DNA of 64,000 nt from Octopus bimaculoides (Eukaryota). A program made the translations under genes and the position numbers. A model generated the notes under the pieces. The model was not told where the DNA came from. It saw nothing but the letters and a program-made list of their open reading frames with translations, and did no database searches. Location of the stretch: contig NC_069002.1 of NCBI RefSeq assembly GCF_001194135.2, positions 28,544,718 through 28,608,717 of the forward strand, in the 5' to 3' direction. This document shows positions 27,413 through 41,492 of the stretch, piece after piece; position 1 is the stretch's first letter; each line of letters begins with the position of its first letter.

Positions 27413-28527
27413 CATAGAAACAATTATAATACAGGTGAGAAAAAGTGTGTTTAAAAGGTGTTATGTAATTATTTTTACAACTTTTTAATATCATAACTTC
27501 ATAGCGATTAAGAAATACATAATATAAATATTTGTGAAACTTTCACTTTTGGATATAACGTAAGAAAATGCTCTGTTTTTTTTTTTTTCCTTTTCGAAAC
27601 AGAATCTAAATTTTAGTTTTATGTTTTTCACAAACTTAACATTGATTCGGTGCCAGTTTTTGAAGGATTTTGCCAATATCGTAGAGGCGGGAATAAAATT
27701 GTACATTCAGAATTCAGTTCAACCTATTCCTTACATTCTCAGCATATCAGCTTTTGTGGCTTTAGTTTCAAATCTTTGGCGATTTTCCCAAAGAGCTCTG
27801 GCACAAGAAAGGAAAACTCTGTAAATTTATCCTACCCCATATCAAAAGAAGAAAGCAACGTTCGTAGTAGGACTAGATTTTAATCAGCTTCTTTTTTTTT
27901 CTTCTTTGTTGCTATTTAAAGATATTACATAGAAATGTTACCCCTAATCCACGGTTGCCAAAACTTCAGTTATTTTTCTGCAAAATAAACGGCTAGAACA
28001 GCGAGATAGATGTGGAGATGGTGGGGGTAGGTAGCTACAGCAATTTAGGAATATATACAGATTCTTCCACATGGAAATTGATAATGTGAAACAGTTACGT
28101 TACAATAACATGGCTTCGATACTCTGGAAATAAGACTGTCTAAATTAACCGAAAGATCAAAGGGAACTGTACAGGTATTATTAATATATTCAATGACAGA
28201 ACGAAAACCTACGCTTTCTGATAGACATCATGATTCTCTTTCTGACTAAAACATTAACTAGAAAGATATTAATAATACTAATTGGTGTATTAGTTATAAT
28301 AGATAATAGGAACGAAACATAAATAGCAGACTGAGGTTTACAACTTCAAACAATACCAAAAATGGTTCTATGAAGTACAGCTTACGTTCTTTGTGAAACA
28401 CTTGTAATTCAGGAAAAGAAAACACACGACACATTCCTCGTGACCATTTTCCTACATAAGACATCTCACGTGATAACTTTCTCTACGCTAAACACATGTT
28501 CTTCACAATCGCATCCTTATATATATC

Positions 28528-28558
<31 letters not shown>

Positions 28559-31163
28559 ACATGCACAATAAACATGATATTCAGAAACTAAATGATAATA
28601 ATATTCACAGACAAATTATTTGTAACACCAATATTCCAAGTACACCAAAAGACAATACTCCATACACTTCAGGAAGACAGGTGCTTTGAACGTAGTAGTA
28701 GTAGTAGCAGCAGTAGTAGTAGTAGTGGTGGTGGTGGTGGTGGTAGTGCAGCTGTTTATATTGATTTCCATTGTTTACGTTTTTTTCGATTTCTAATGCA
28801 CATTTTCTTTTCTCTCTCTTCTTCGTTTCAGATTCCAGCGAGATATTGGGAGACAATGTGGAGAATGTTAATTAAAGCGTGATGTGGACGTTTCGCAGAG
28901 AATATCGAACCGAAGACATTATTTTTTGGGGAAAAAAATGGCACAGAAAACCAGCCTTCAACGATGGCGGCTCAAACAGAAAGTGAACGGAATGAAATAA
29001 AGCAAGATGTCCAAAACCTCATTGACAAAGTTGTGTTTTGTGATAGAAAAAATATAATAAAAATATAAAGGAATGCTAACACGACTAACTTGCTGTTTGT
29101 TAATCCATGAAGAAAAACAACTGGAGACAATAATGAGAGGGTGGGGGACAAGAAAATATGAGAAGAGACTGTCGTAAAAAAAAAATAGAAAAAAGGGCCT
29201 GTTTCTTATAAACTAAAGTGTGATTATTTCACGTGGGCTTTTTGTGTAACCAAATGTTGTATCTGCTCTGACAGTGGTCCATTTTATCCAGCTCTATTTC
29301 TCCTTCCTGTTTGAAAATCATCAGATCATCCATATACAGACACACATGTCTACAAACACACAGACGTATACATTCATACATAAGTGCATCTACGAGTACA
29401 CACGCCTACAGACACAGACTTCTCAGTTTTTTTTTCCTAGCGAATAGTCATTGCTTTTAGTTGTACAAACAGTGATTGACTGAACACATGAAAATCTGCT
29501 ATTTGTAGTGTTTTTTTTTTTTAGCTTAAATATTTACTGAACGAGAGAGAGAGGTTATGCCCAATATTTTGTAATGGAACTAGACTGTCTCTTTTTAAAA
29601 AACTTTTTATGGGATTATTACAATTATAACTGAATTATCATTTGTCCAAACTGTTTGTTCCAATTGAAGATTTTTTTATTTTCGTTGAAATCAACTTCAT
29701 TAACTGAATACCCACGTGACTATGTTTTCAGACGTGCTAGTTTGAAATATCTTGGAATGAGAATGGTTGCATGATAGGAAGAAACTAGAATCAATGAAAA
29801 AAATAAATAATAAAAAAGAAAAGAACAAAAATATAACAGCAAGTATCGGAAGCAAAATGCATCAATTTAAAAACAGCGAACTCTGTCAATCAATCAATCA
29901 ATCAGTTTTTAGATATGTCGATCGAATATTTAGTAAATTCACAACAATCGTTTCATTCAATCCATTATTTTAATTTTTGCTAACATTGTTACCATTTTTT
30001 TAAATTCTGAGATATTTCGCATCAATGATTATTTTAGTCGGTGATACTTGGTTTGTCATAACTACAACAAAAGTGTGAGATGCTAGACGGAAAAAAATAA
30101 ATTTGGTGAAACGTGGGATATCAAATTTAGTGCAGCAAACAAACACATTTTCCTAACCAAGTGTTTGAAAATTATGCTCCAATCTAGTCTACTAATGCTG
30201 AGCAACATTGAAACATTTACACAGGATGCGATTAAAAAAAAAAAACACCTCCAAGATCTACCATTCATGATAATCATTTCAACAAGAAAGGTTACGGTAG
30301 ACACCAATTCAAAAAAATCTTGGTAACAAAAACTAAACGATAAAACATTAGCCACATGAAAAAAACCCTTCCTTCCTTCCTACCTACCCAACTTCACTAG
30401 CGCCACACCAATAGCAGTGATAACCGTGTAAAATATAAGGAGGTTTTCGTATCGCAGCTTGTATTGAATGCATGCATTATATAACAAAGTATATATCGAT
30501 AGATATCAAATGATATCGCTTCTTTCTTGATCAGCAGGGAATATCTGGCGGTTTTGTATTTTCGATAAAATAATTTAATTATCATTTGTAAGTATGATAG
30601 ATGGAAATTTTGGTGTTTGCAAGCAAATATGATATTAAATAAAATATCTTGAAAGTGTAGACTGTTAATATTGTCCTTTGTTTTCCTAAACTGACATGTC
30701 TGTAGAAATAATTCAAAGAGACAAAAGTTCTTCAGAAACCAGAGCTAGAGGCCTTTATGTGCCGGTTTATTGTATCAATACGCATCTCGAAATCTTTAAA
30801 TAAGATTCTCAAGAAGCTTTTATGTATTAAAAACTTTCATGTACAAAAGGTACAAACGTAGATTTAAAACGTATTGATGGAGATTCACGTTTTCTCAATA
30901 CATCTTACTTGTTGATTATCCATGGATTCGCTGATAACAATAGCGACTGGTGTAATATCTAATAATATAACAAACTGAAAGTTGTTGGAATGGACAACTT
31001 TTAAAATGGTGCCTTTGTTAGTGTACAATGTCCAATGCAAAGAAACGTAGCCTCGTCGAACAATGATCGTTAAATCGACTCGTTAAATTCAAGTAGCGAT
31101 CGAATAGATTTTGCAAGTATTAATTAGTTGATGAACTGTTATACAGACAGTGAAATTATTTAG

Positions 31164-31271
31164 GAGAAAATTAAATTTGTGGCCAGGAGGCGATGTTTCT
31201 TCTGTAAGTCTATCAGAACAAATGCAAAACTATGCTTACATAAATAGTAGGGTGATGGAGCAGTGGATGAG
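31164..31271 (+). CDS. Candidate 108-nt symmetric (phase 2-2) exon
   Basis: ATTATTTAG acceptor, AG|GTAACA donor, open frame RKLNLWPGGDVSSVSLSEQMQNYAYINSRVMEQWM in otherwise stop-rich DNA; protein not recognised. Confidence 0.3.
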
Positions 31272-32340
31272 GTAACAAGAAGGCATCAGCTGGCATCTGC
31301 TTGTGATCTAGTGTAGAACACTTCATTCTCTATTGCTTCTATGTAACTATTTAGAATAAGCACAAAGCTATATGAAAGTATTAACTATGGTATAGACAGA
31401 CGAGAGATAAACATCCCCCTGGATGAAACGTCAGTTTCATGGCATGGGAACAGAGCTAAGTGCTGATTTTTAAGAACTATCTCTTATAGTAATTAAAGAT
31501 ATTTTTTTTATGTATATATTTTAATCAACCCTAAACAACTTAGCAACGCAAACCCAAGGTTGGTTGTCAAACCACCATTAAAGCTCAAATAACTTGCTAA
31601 TCAAAACGCCATTACAGGTAATTACAGGATACTATGACTAATTTAAATAAACAAGAGCACATAAAATGTGTTATTTTTGTTGTTGTTGTTGTTGTTGTTA
31701 GGGTCTTCTTACTTAAGAAAGGCTGAACTAAAAACAATGCCTTGTGTCATATATGATGTTTATCAATAGGTCGAAACAAATAAGTCTTTTGGTTGCAATA
31801 ACATTTTTAATATAAACAATGAATAACATTAATAGAAACTATTTCCTGTTTCTACAGGTGTGTATTATGATGTCTGCTAATATAAAGATATCTTATTAAG
31901 TTTGTTCACCGAGTACACTGGCTTCGTTTAATACTTTATTATTATTATTATTTTCTTGTTGCTTTCAAAAGAAAACATTTGAGTGTATGTGTATGCGTGT
32001 GTTTATATACCAGATTGTGTTTATCTAACAGGTATGATTGAGTACATTGAAAAATATACAATTCCGGTACATGTTTTTCGAGGATGCCAAAGCTCGGAAA
32101 CATCACCTCACCGTCCAACTGAATATGTTATAGAATATGTTCTTTAAATTGTTAAAAATTCGTTTAAATATAATAAAGGTTGTTTAAAATTAATAAAATA
32201 TTAAAAAAATCAAAAAAAAATCGGGATTTTGTAAAGTTGGAACGAACTTTGGTTTCAACAATAGTGTCACAGGGTACACACATATATACATGTGATTGTG
32301 TGTGTGCATATATGTGTGTGTGTGTGTGTATATATATACA

Positions 32341-32387
<47 letters not shown>

Positions 32388-32946
32388 GCATGTGAATATA
32401 ATATACACACGCACAATCCATGTGAGTACAGTATATGTATATGCGTATCTGTATAATATACATGTATGTATATATAATATATTCATCCGAATGTATGCAT
32501 GTGATGTGTGTCTGTGTGTGGGTGTGGGTGTATTTATATATGTGTGTGTGATTTTACTAAATTCTTCTCTGAATTCTATCTCAAAACGGTCAATTACAAA
32601 ACGCCTGGCTGTTTTAAATGTCTTTGTTTTTTGTTTTAGCGTAAACATTTCCAAGAATTTATAAACACCTAAGTTTGTGCATAGATGCAGGAATATATGG
32701 TCATACTTGTATTCAATTAATGTATGTACATACCGCTTTAGTACATGATTGTATACAATTACTTTTTATATATAGATTTGCGTGTGTGTGTAAGCCATAT
32801 ACACATCTGTGGTTGTGGATAAACGTTTAATTCTAGGGTATTCAAATGAAGAACATTCAAATGCAAGAATCTGTTGAACGTTTTATAAATCTTCACTATA
32901 CAACTAATCGATATGTATGTAAACATGAACATATATATATATATAT

Positions 32947-33106
32947 GGGAGAATATACAAAAAATAACAACAGACGAGGACAGGTGGTGTAAATAACAAA
33001 AGTATATATTAGTATGACGCTCGGGAATACGGAAAGTCTTTGACGTTTCGAGCTACGCTCTTCAACAGAAAGAATACGGAGACAAGGAGAAAAACACGGA
33101 GAAAAA
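32947..33106 (-). mobile_element. Family E non-autonomous element within (TA)n, carrying a minimal hammerhead
   Basis: Closely similar to 41491-41650; both abut (TA)n at the same end. Confidence 0.8.
33037..33073 (-). ncRNA. Minimal type I hammerhead ribozyme motif (A6U core variant)
   Basis: Minus strand UCUUU-CUGUUGA-A-GAGC-GUA-GCUC-GAAAC-GUC-AAAGA: perfect stems I and II, loopless palindromic stem III (ACGU), GUC triplet. Confidence 0.7.
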
Positions 33107-34789
33107 TATATATGCATGTATGTGTGTGTGTATATCTAAGTATAGATGTTTCTATGTATTCATTCCTTTAGATATCTATCAAGCGTGTGACAGTGAAAAA
33201 AAGATGCATCCATCAGCGGGAAACAGAGAGAGAGAGCGTGACTTAGAACTGAGTTTCTCAAGTTAATTCAATTCATTTGCCAAACAATAAATGTTCTGCA
33301 TCTGCGAGTGTTTTTAAGTAAAATTTGGATATGCGTCAGCACTGCCAATTACTTAAACAAAATAATACTGTTGGAATATTATTTTCTCTATGATTTTTTT
33401 GTTTTTTTATTAATTTCTTTCAATCACAGACTTATTTCTCCTAACATGCCTTGCCAATTGGTTTCGATTTTAGCCCGATTTGTTTTAAAGAGAAAAGAAC
33501 GAAGTAAATATATCTAAATAAATAATGGTTTATAATTTAGACACAAAGCCAGAATTTTAAGGGGAGAGAAAGTTAATCGATATCATCGAGATCAATACTT
33601 GACTGATACTTTATTTAATCGACCATTGAAAGAAGAAGACAATGTTGAATTTGGTGGGATTTGAACGGAGAATGTAAAAAGCCGCAAACATTTAGGCTCA
33701 CAACCAAATATTTTAAGGGAAAACGGTTAATCTGTACCATTGATTGCAGTATTTGAATTTATTTTATCGACTCGAGAAGGATGACAGGTAAAGCTGGACT
33801 CGAGAAGGATGACAGGTAAAGCTGGCCTCGGTAAAACTTTAATACACAGCGGAAAGAGGCGGAAGCATATCTATGTGAATAATGAACCTCTTCTGTTCAG
33901 GGTCTCTTCTGCGGTTCCTGCTTTCATTTTAAGGATTATTTACTTCATAAATAAACAAATAAATGTCTATAATATGGCGGTGAATGGCAGAGTCGGTAGA
34001 ACGCCCACTGGAAATGCTTCGTGTCATTTGTTCTGATTTGCTGCGCTCACTGCTCAGATGCTGTTGAGGTCAACTCTGCTTCTCGTCCTTTCGGTGGTCG
34101 ATAAACAAAGAAAAAAAAAACGATACAAGGTGGTAACTTGGTGGAACTGTAGAAATATCGAATCAGATACCTTGAGATATTTGTTGCAGCCCTTTGGGTT
34201 CTGAGTTCATGCACCACTATGGACTACTTGCGTGGCAGACTTAAATCCATTGCCGTTTAGAACCACTTTGGAGACCATTAGCAGAATGTACTAGGCTGCA
34301 AGCATTTGGTCCAATTTGAGAATTCTTCCCCATCCCTCCTATTAATCGAGGTGAGCCTAGAACGGGACATGGGCCCTGCCTTTCTTCCCGACAAAAAGAC
34401 AATACCTTTATATAATCATAATTACTCGTTGATACAAAATACGCTCTAGTTATATTTTCTTCTGTTATGGCATTTATATCATCTGCTGCTTTCATTTGGT
34501 CACATGAAGCATTCTCTTAATGTTTATTGATTTAAGTATTAAAGTGTAGTGGGTTACGGAAATATCGGACTTAGAGGGAAGTGGGGGGGGGGGTTCTGGT
34601 AAGAAATACACGACTATTGAATCAGGGACAAACATTCTGGCAGACACAGATCAAAATTCATTCACACAGGGTAATTGGAACATTGTTATCACATGGCCAG
34701 AACCGCAAACAACATATATATACATTACATGATTAAATGACAAGAAAATGAACCGCGATCATTTTGTTGGTAACTTACGTTGTTATAGG

Positions 34790-34824
<35 letters not shown>

Positions 34825-35019
34825 GACTATTATTATTACTACTACTACGTTAATGGTTCCAGCTAGTTTGGTTGTGGGCCGGCTGAGGCGCTACAACCCA
34901 AACAGTTACAATTCATTTGTCACTATGCATTAAAGACATTTAAACATAATAGGATTGACATAGAAAATGCTGTTGGTCTATTGTTAAAAGGGTTGCGAAT
35001 TAACACCATAAATCTCTGT

Positions 35020-35395
35020 GCGAGCGTATGTGGATATCTGTGTACGTGAATGAGCGTATGTGCATCTGCACGTTTGTGCGTGTATGTGCACTTGCGAGCG
35101 TATATGTTCGTGTACGAGCGTATACGCGCGCATGACTGCATATGCACGTTTGTTCGAGTGTGCATGTGCGAAAGTATATGCACGTATGAATGTATAAGGA
35201 CGTGTGTAAGTGTATATGCACGTGTGCTAGCGAATATGCACGTGCGCGGTCGTATATGTACGTGCGCGCGATCGTATGTGTACGTGCGCGCGATCGTATG
35301 TGTACGTGCGCGCGATCGTATGTGTTCGTGCGCGTGTGTATACGTACATGCATGGCCGCTTATGTAGGTGTTCGTATGTGCACTGCACGTATGTG
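35020..35395. repeat. Degenerate GC-containing minisatellite (GTGCGCGCGATCGTATGTGTAC-like)
   Basis: Near-identical 22-nt units around 35260-35330. Confidence 0.8.
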
Positions 35396-36158
35396 TGCCA
35401 AAGATAAAGCGTTGTGCCCTCTATTTCAGTTAGCGATAAACTTGTGATAAACTAATATGAAAGAAAAGCTAACGTAATTATGGATCAACAATGTTGTATT
35501 CGATGAATAAAATGGATTTCTTTAACAAATCAGTTATGCTGAAGTCAATAATGTTATGTAGCAACATACTTGTTCTATTAGGAGTAGGTTACAGTATAAA
35601 AAAAACAAAAGTAATTTTTAAAATGGTTAAGGAAAGAAAATCAAATTGACAAGAAATCGAAGAACTGCATTGGCAACAAAAGTAAGCTCTACATAAAATG
35701 TATGGAAATATATCAATCAAGTCTCACCTGAAATATGAACGTCTTTCATTTGAAAGGAAGAAGACGCGAGTTTGTATCGTTATGCAATTATTTTTTCAAA
35801 CTGCCATATTAGTTAGTTAATCACTGAAGATTAAAAAAAAAAACCTTATGTCAGTCGATATGAGTGTGTGGCGGCTAGGAGTCAATCGCAGAGCAGTGAG
35901 GATTCGCATGCTTCAGAAAAATAATTTTAAAAAAGCCTGAAGAGAGCTTCTGATCAACGAAAAATTCAAATATTTTTCACTTACTGCAACAGATAGGATT
36001 TTGGTGGAACTTTATTTCAGACATTATCAGGAATGCATTTTCTTTGGAATCTTCATTGTTTGTTTTGAGTTTGATTCTTCTTTTAATAAAAGAGCACGTT
36101 ACCTTTTAAGCTTTCATCATAAAAATATGGACAAAGATTGGAAAACATTCGGAAAAGG

Positions 36159-36201
<43 letters not shown>

Positions 36202-37240
36202 TTGTATTCTTGATTGACAAACTGTGTTATTCAATTTATTTTCGAATGATGCCAATTCCACTTGGCGGACATTATGCAGTTCTTTATTTTTGATAATTTG
36301 GTTTCCAATAAACAAAAATACATTAATCAACCAAAAATTGTAATCCTGATAAGTAATTTTCAGTTGTTTATATATATTTTTTAATTTTTATCGTTTCATG
36401 ACATGTGTTTATTGCAAAATGCAAATATCTTAATAATATTACTACTCATCTGAATTGAAGATGTGACGTTTGAGAATAAAATAATGTCAGACAGGAAGGT
36501 CGAGCCTAACTTATCGATTTATGCCTGATCGTTCTTCTTCCTTTCCTTTTTACGTTCAATTGTGGACTTGATGAATTGTTTCAATTAACGGAGAGAAGGA
36601 AAAAAAAATGAAGGAAAAATTATCGAACTATTTAAAATACAACATAAAAAATAAAGGATTGTAAAGAAACAATATAATAAAGGAATTTGAAAGAAAATAT
36701 TACACTCTTTGTAAATGCTGCTTCCGTCTGTTCTTATTTATATTCTTATATTATTGTTAGATCTATTATTATTATTGTTTCTGATTGTCACTTATATTGT
36801 TATATGACAAAGTAAAAAAGAAAGGAAAATATATTAACAACTTCCTTAATTCAAACTCGTGATATACAGAAGGAAGTTATTTTTTAAAATTATATTAGAT
36901 GTATATGAAACTGTGACACAATTCTATAGATAAATATATCATTGTCATCACCACCAACACCGTCGTCGTTTTATCGTTCAGGTTTCGATGCTTGCATAAG
37001 GCAGAGGGAATATTTTGAAGCAAATATTCTAAATTTCTAAAGTTGAATACCCTTTCTGTCGTCAACCCTTCTCTCTTTCAAAGCAAAGTATTATTTCCTC
37101 GTGACAGGACATGTTTTCACGGAAGATAAGTGACTAGTTTATAACTTCTGCTGAATGGTATAACAAGGAGATACCAACCGATTATATATATATATATATA
37201 TACACATATATATATATACACATATATATATATATATATA

Positions 37241-37404
37241 TGTGTGTGTATGTAAATCAAATCAATTTCATTGAGACTCCTTAGTACTCTGATTAGTGTC
37301 ACGCTTGAAACTCAGAGTACCAAGGAGTTTGAATCAAACTGTTTTGATCTCTACATGTAACTTCCAATTAATGGGTTGAGTGCTCTTTCGTTTATCTACT
37401 GACT

Positions 37405-37445
<41 letters not shown>

Positions 37446-37600
37446 ATGTAAATCAAATCAATTTCATTGAGACTCCTTAGTACTCTGATTAGTGTCACGC
37501 TTGAAACTCAGAGTACCAAGGAGTTTGAATCAAACTGTTTTGATCTCTACATGTAACTTCCAATTAATGGGTTGAGTGCTCTTTCGTTTATCTACTGACT

Positions 37601-37602
<2 letters not shown>
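37241..37602. repeat. Exact tandem duplication (period 196 bp) bounded by (TA)n; each unit holds a hairpin
   Basis: 37241-37406 is repeated at 37437-37602. Confidence 0.9.
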
Positions 37603-37634
<32 letters not shown>

Positions 37635-37944
37635 AACATTAGGTTAGTTAAAATATATTTATGACATTTTAACTTCTAAGGGCAAATTAAGTGCAGTTAA
37701 CGGGGAGAAAACTTTCTCTCTTGCCATAAAAACACCATATCTGTCCAATGTTGATTTTTTTATTTCCACGTTTTACCATAAAAGACATTCTTTTTCTCCA
37801 TGATAATAGCAGTGAATTTGTCTTTAGAAGTTGAAATATGTCAAACATTTTAACCAACCTAAAGTTCTGTTAGGCCTAAACACTGCTTGGCTCAGATACT
37901 GCTGCACATGCATGCATGCACACACACACACATACACACACACA

Positions 37945-37989
<45 letters not shown>

Positions 37990-37992
<3 letters not shown>

Positions 37993-38320
37993 TACCTGTC
38001 TCAGTCATAAGACTGCGACTATGCTGGAGTACCACCTTCAAGAATTCCAGTCGTACGAATTGACTCCAGTACTTATTTTTACATAAGCTGGCTACTTATG
38101 CTATCGGTCTCGTTTGTCAAACTGCTAGGTCATGAGGATGTATACACATCAAGAAGTGGTGGAGAACGCGCACGCGTATACACACGACGGTTTTTCAGTT
38201 TGCGTCTACCAAATCCATTCAAAACTTTGGTCGGCCCAAAGACACTTGCTCAAGGTGCCACACATGGAACCATGTGGTTGGGAACACATGCAACGGTTTT
38301 CCTTCAATTTCGGTCTACGA
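37990..38320 (-). mobile_element. SINE family C (diverged)
   Basis: GACTGCGACTATGCTGGAG, CAAGGTGCCACA and GGAACCATGTGGTTGGGA complements. Confidence 0.75.
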
Positions 38321-38786
38321 AATCCACTCATTAGGCAAACTTCTTAAGCACAGCCACTTCACGTGTGTTTGTTTTTTTGTGTGTTTATCCCAAATTGAAT
38401 CACTGACAAGCCGTGTAAACCAATTTTACAAAGAAAAAGCAACACAGAAACCTCCTACATGAAAAAATAAAAAATCGATAATATGCAAGTTGAGACTAGG
38501 TACACCTGCAGTGCCCCAGCATGGCCACAGCCTTTAGGCTGAAACGCATAAAAGATTATTGCGTTGAAAGTTCACTATAAACAAACAAATATAATTGATT
38601 TGATTCTTACACACAGACATACATGCGCGCGCTCACACACAGAATTCAGAAACAAATTTCCCAAAGTTATTTGAGTTGATGAACCTTGTTAATTAAGAAT
38701 ATAACCGAAATGAGCATTTATGAAAATTATTCTTAGAAGGAACAAGGGAGATAACTGAAATTTCAGTCAACCAAAAATCAAATGGA

Positions 38787-39010
38787 TTATGTGTGTATGT
38801 GTGTGTGTACCGGCGAGTGTGTGTGTATGTGTGTGTGCGAGTGTGTGTGTTTACGGGCAAGTGTGTGTGTACGGAAGTGTGTGTGTTTATGTGTACGGGC
38901 GAGTGTGTGTGTACGGGCGAGTGTGTGTGTGCGTGTGTACGGGTGAGTGTGTGTGTGTGTGTATACGGGCGAGTGTGTGTGTGTGTGTACGAACGAGTGT
39001 GTTCGAGTGT
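38787..39010. repeat. (GTGTGTGTACGGGCGA)-like minisatellite
   Basis: Visible repeated unit. Confidence 0.85.
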
Positions 39011-39069
39011 GCTTGAGCATGTATGGACGTGTGTGTAAGAGTATATGTATTTGTGTTTTCATTCGTAGA

Positions 39070-39100
<31 letters not shown>

Positions 39101-39379
39101 ATGTGTATTCATGTGTGTGTGTGAAGCTCATGATTTATACTGTCACTACTCGAATGTTCTTATGTGATCGACCAAAAAAAAAAAAACAGAATGAAATCTA
39201 AAAATTTAAAACGTAATTGTATCATAGCAATGAAACCATAACAACAGAGCAATTGAGTAGTTTGATAATAATATAAGAAAGAATAAATCTCATTGTAACT
39301 AAAAAAAAAAAAAAGTCATACAAAGGTCAAAGTCTGTCTTTAAAAAGTTCCAGGATTTGAGTAAAGATTCTCTGCAATT

Positions 39380-40200
39380 TCTGAGACGAACGTTAGGAAC
39401 CTTTTAAAGAACATTAGGAAATGAATTCTAGAACAAATAGGCAAGATGCAGAAGTATTATATATGACAATGGATCGATCAATGTCGCCGAAGTTCACAAA
39501 TTAAACGACTTTGGCGATTTGGATACCCATAAGAAAAGGATGAAAGTCTTTAAATATTGAATTCTACAAGGAAAACGGTTGGCAAATTCCAGCAGTTCCA
39601 TGGTAACATCTGGAAGAGTTCGAGGAAGTATTTAAAAAAGCATAATTAAGGAAGAAAATTTAAAATTTACATCCAGGACTAAACTCAGAACATAGCACCA
39701 GATTTGAGTACGAAATTTCTACTCCAATAAAATCGAGTGAAGATATAGTTTATATAAACTACCGCAATTTTAACCATCCGCTTGCAATCATGACAATATT
39801 AAAAAATTGTATTTTTATTCAATCTGGCAGTACCTAAATATATCGCTGCATAAGCAAGAAGTGGTTACAAACGGAAATAAGTATTTTCAAAGCATACATC
39901 GATATCATAAGATCTCCAATACGAATAACGCTAAGGTTAGCTAGAATTGTTTAATATAGCATCTACATTGTGCAACAAATAGAAATATAAGCACCTTCAC
40001 CACTTCCAACGAAATTTAGTTTCAGCAACACAATGATATTGCCCTCTTAATAGCAAATGCCTATCAAAGGTAACAACTACAGACGTTTCCGAGTGTAACT
40101 ATGTAGAATTAACTAGATATATATTGAAAACCAGATATACACAACCCGCTCAAACGAAAAGACAGAATCTATTCCGTTTCTCTATCCTAAAACATCTGAA
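39380..40200 (+). pseudogene. Probable highly decayed hAT transposase C-terminal region
   Basis: VTTTDVSECNYVEL and IENQIYTTRSNEKTESIPFL resemble the hAT dimerisation consensus (PVTxAxxERSFSxL..IKNxLRSTMSQERL); many stops. Confidence 0.35.
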
Positions 40201-40510
40201 GGCTAAAAGATTGTTGAATTACCAGCATCACTGTAAGCTGGAGTAGATCAAAGATGCAGCTTATGCCTCACATAATCTCCCACCCATCAGCAGCAGCCAG
40301 TCAGCCAACTGCACGTTATGCTGCATTGTCACATGACTAATGAAAGTCGAGTAACATGAAGCAATGAGACAACCACCAGCTTCGGACGAATACGCTTACT
40401 ACAACTCGGTTCTTCCCGCTTCGTTTGTATATAAAAATACATCGATGTATTTCTTCCTTTGTACACACACAAACACACAGGTATGTATGTATGTATGTAT
40501 GTATAATACA

Positions 40511-40881
40511 GACGTGGTTGTGTGGTAAGAAGCTTGCTTCCAAACCACATGGTTCCGGGTTCAGTCCCACTGCGTGACACATTGGGCAGGTGTCTTCTAC
40601 TACAGCCTCAGACTGGTCAAAGCCTTGTAAGTGGATTTGACAGACGGAAACTGAAAGAAGCTCGTCGTGTGTGTGTGTATCCCACTCCACCATCGCTTGA
40701 CAACTGATGCTGGTGTGTTTATGATCCTGTAACGTAAGCGGTTCGGCAAAAGAAACCGATAGAATAAGTGCTAGGCTTACAAAGAATAAGTTCTGGAGTC
40801 GATTTCTTCGCCTAAAACCCTTCAAGGCGGTGCTCCAGCATGGCGACAGTCAAATGACTGAAGCAAGTAACAGAATAAAAG
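40511..40881 (+). mobile_element. SINE family C, most complete copy
   Basis: Head (TGTGTGGTAAG, GGTTCAGTCCC), CORE-like TTGGGCAGGTGTC box, internal TG tract, tail ending AAGTAACAGAATAAAAG. Confidence 0.9.
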
Positions 40882-40890
40882 TATACATAC

Positions 40891-40946
<56 letters not shown>

Positions 40947-41455
40947 AGTTGACAAAATATGATGCACTGCACGAAAATATATATTTTCTCTCCGTATATT
41001 TAATACACAGAGGAATTTTCATAGCCCCTACTTACATAATTACCTGCGGAGCACTCAAAGAAGATGAATTCCTGGTTTCGATTGATCACAAAATCTGTTT
41101 ACCACATACAAGCAAACGCACCTATACACACATAACCAATACATATTTCGGCGTAGCTTTACGTCATAGATCTAGTGTGCACACTTCATTAACGTAAAAC
41201 TAAAATAATCTAATTTATATTATACATTCAAGGATATAATACACAGTCCAAATATTAAAAGAAATTGCTACTTATTAAAATAATGATGCTCGCACTGTCT
41301 GGTGTATAATCTTTCATGGTTTTATAATTCTGAATTAGAAACAGCTCTAGTAATGTAAACATTATTGATTTCACGCACTTAATTCAATGTAGCTTTTGTT
41401 TAACCCCTTTTAGCTTCGGAATTTTGTCAAGGAAAGTCCCTTTAAGACATCCAGT

Positions 41456-41490
<35 letters not shown>

Positions 41491-41492
<2 letters not shown>

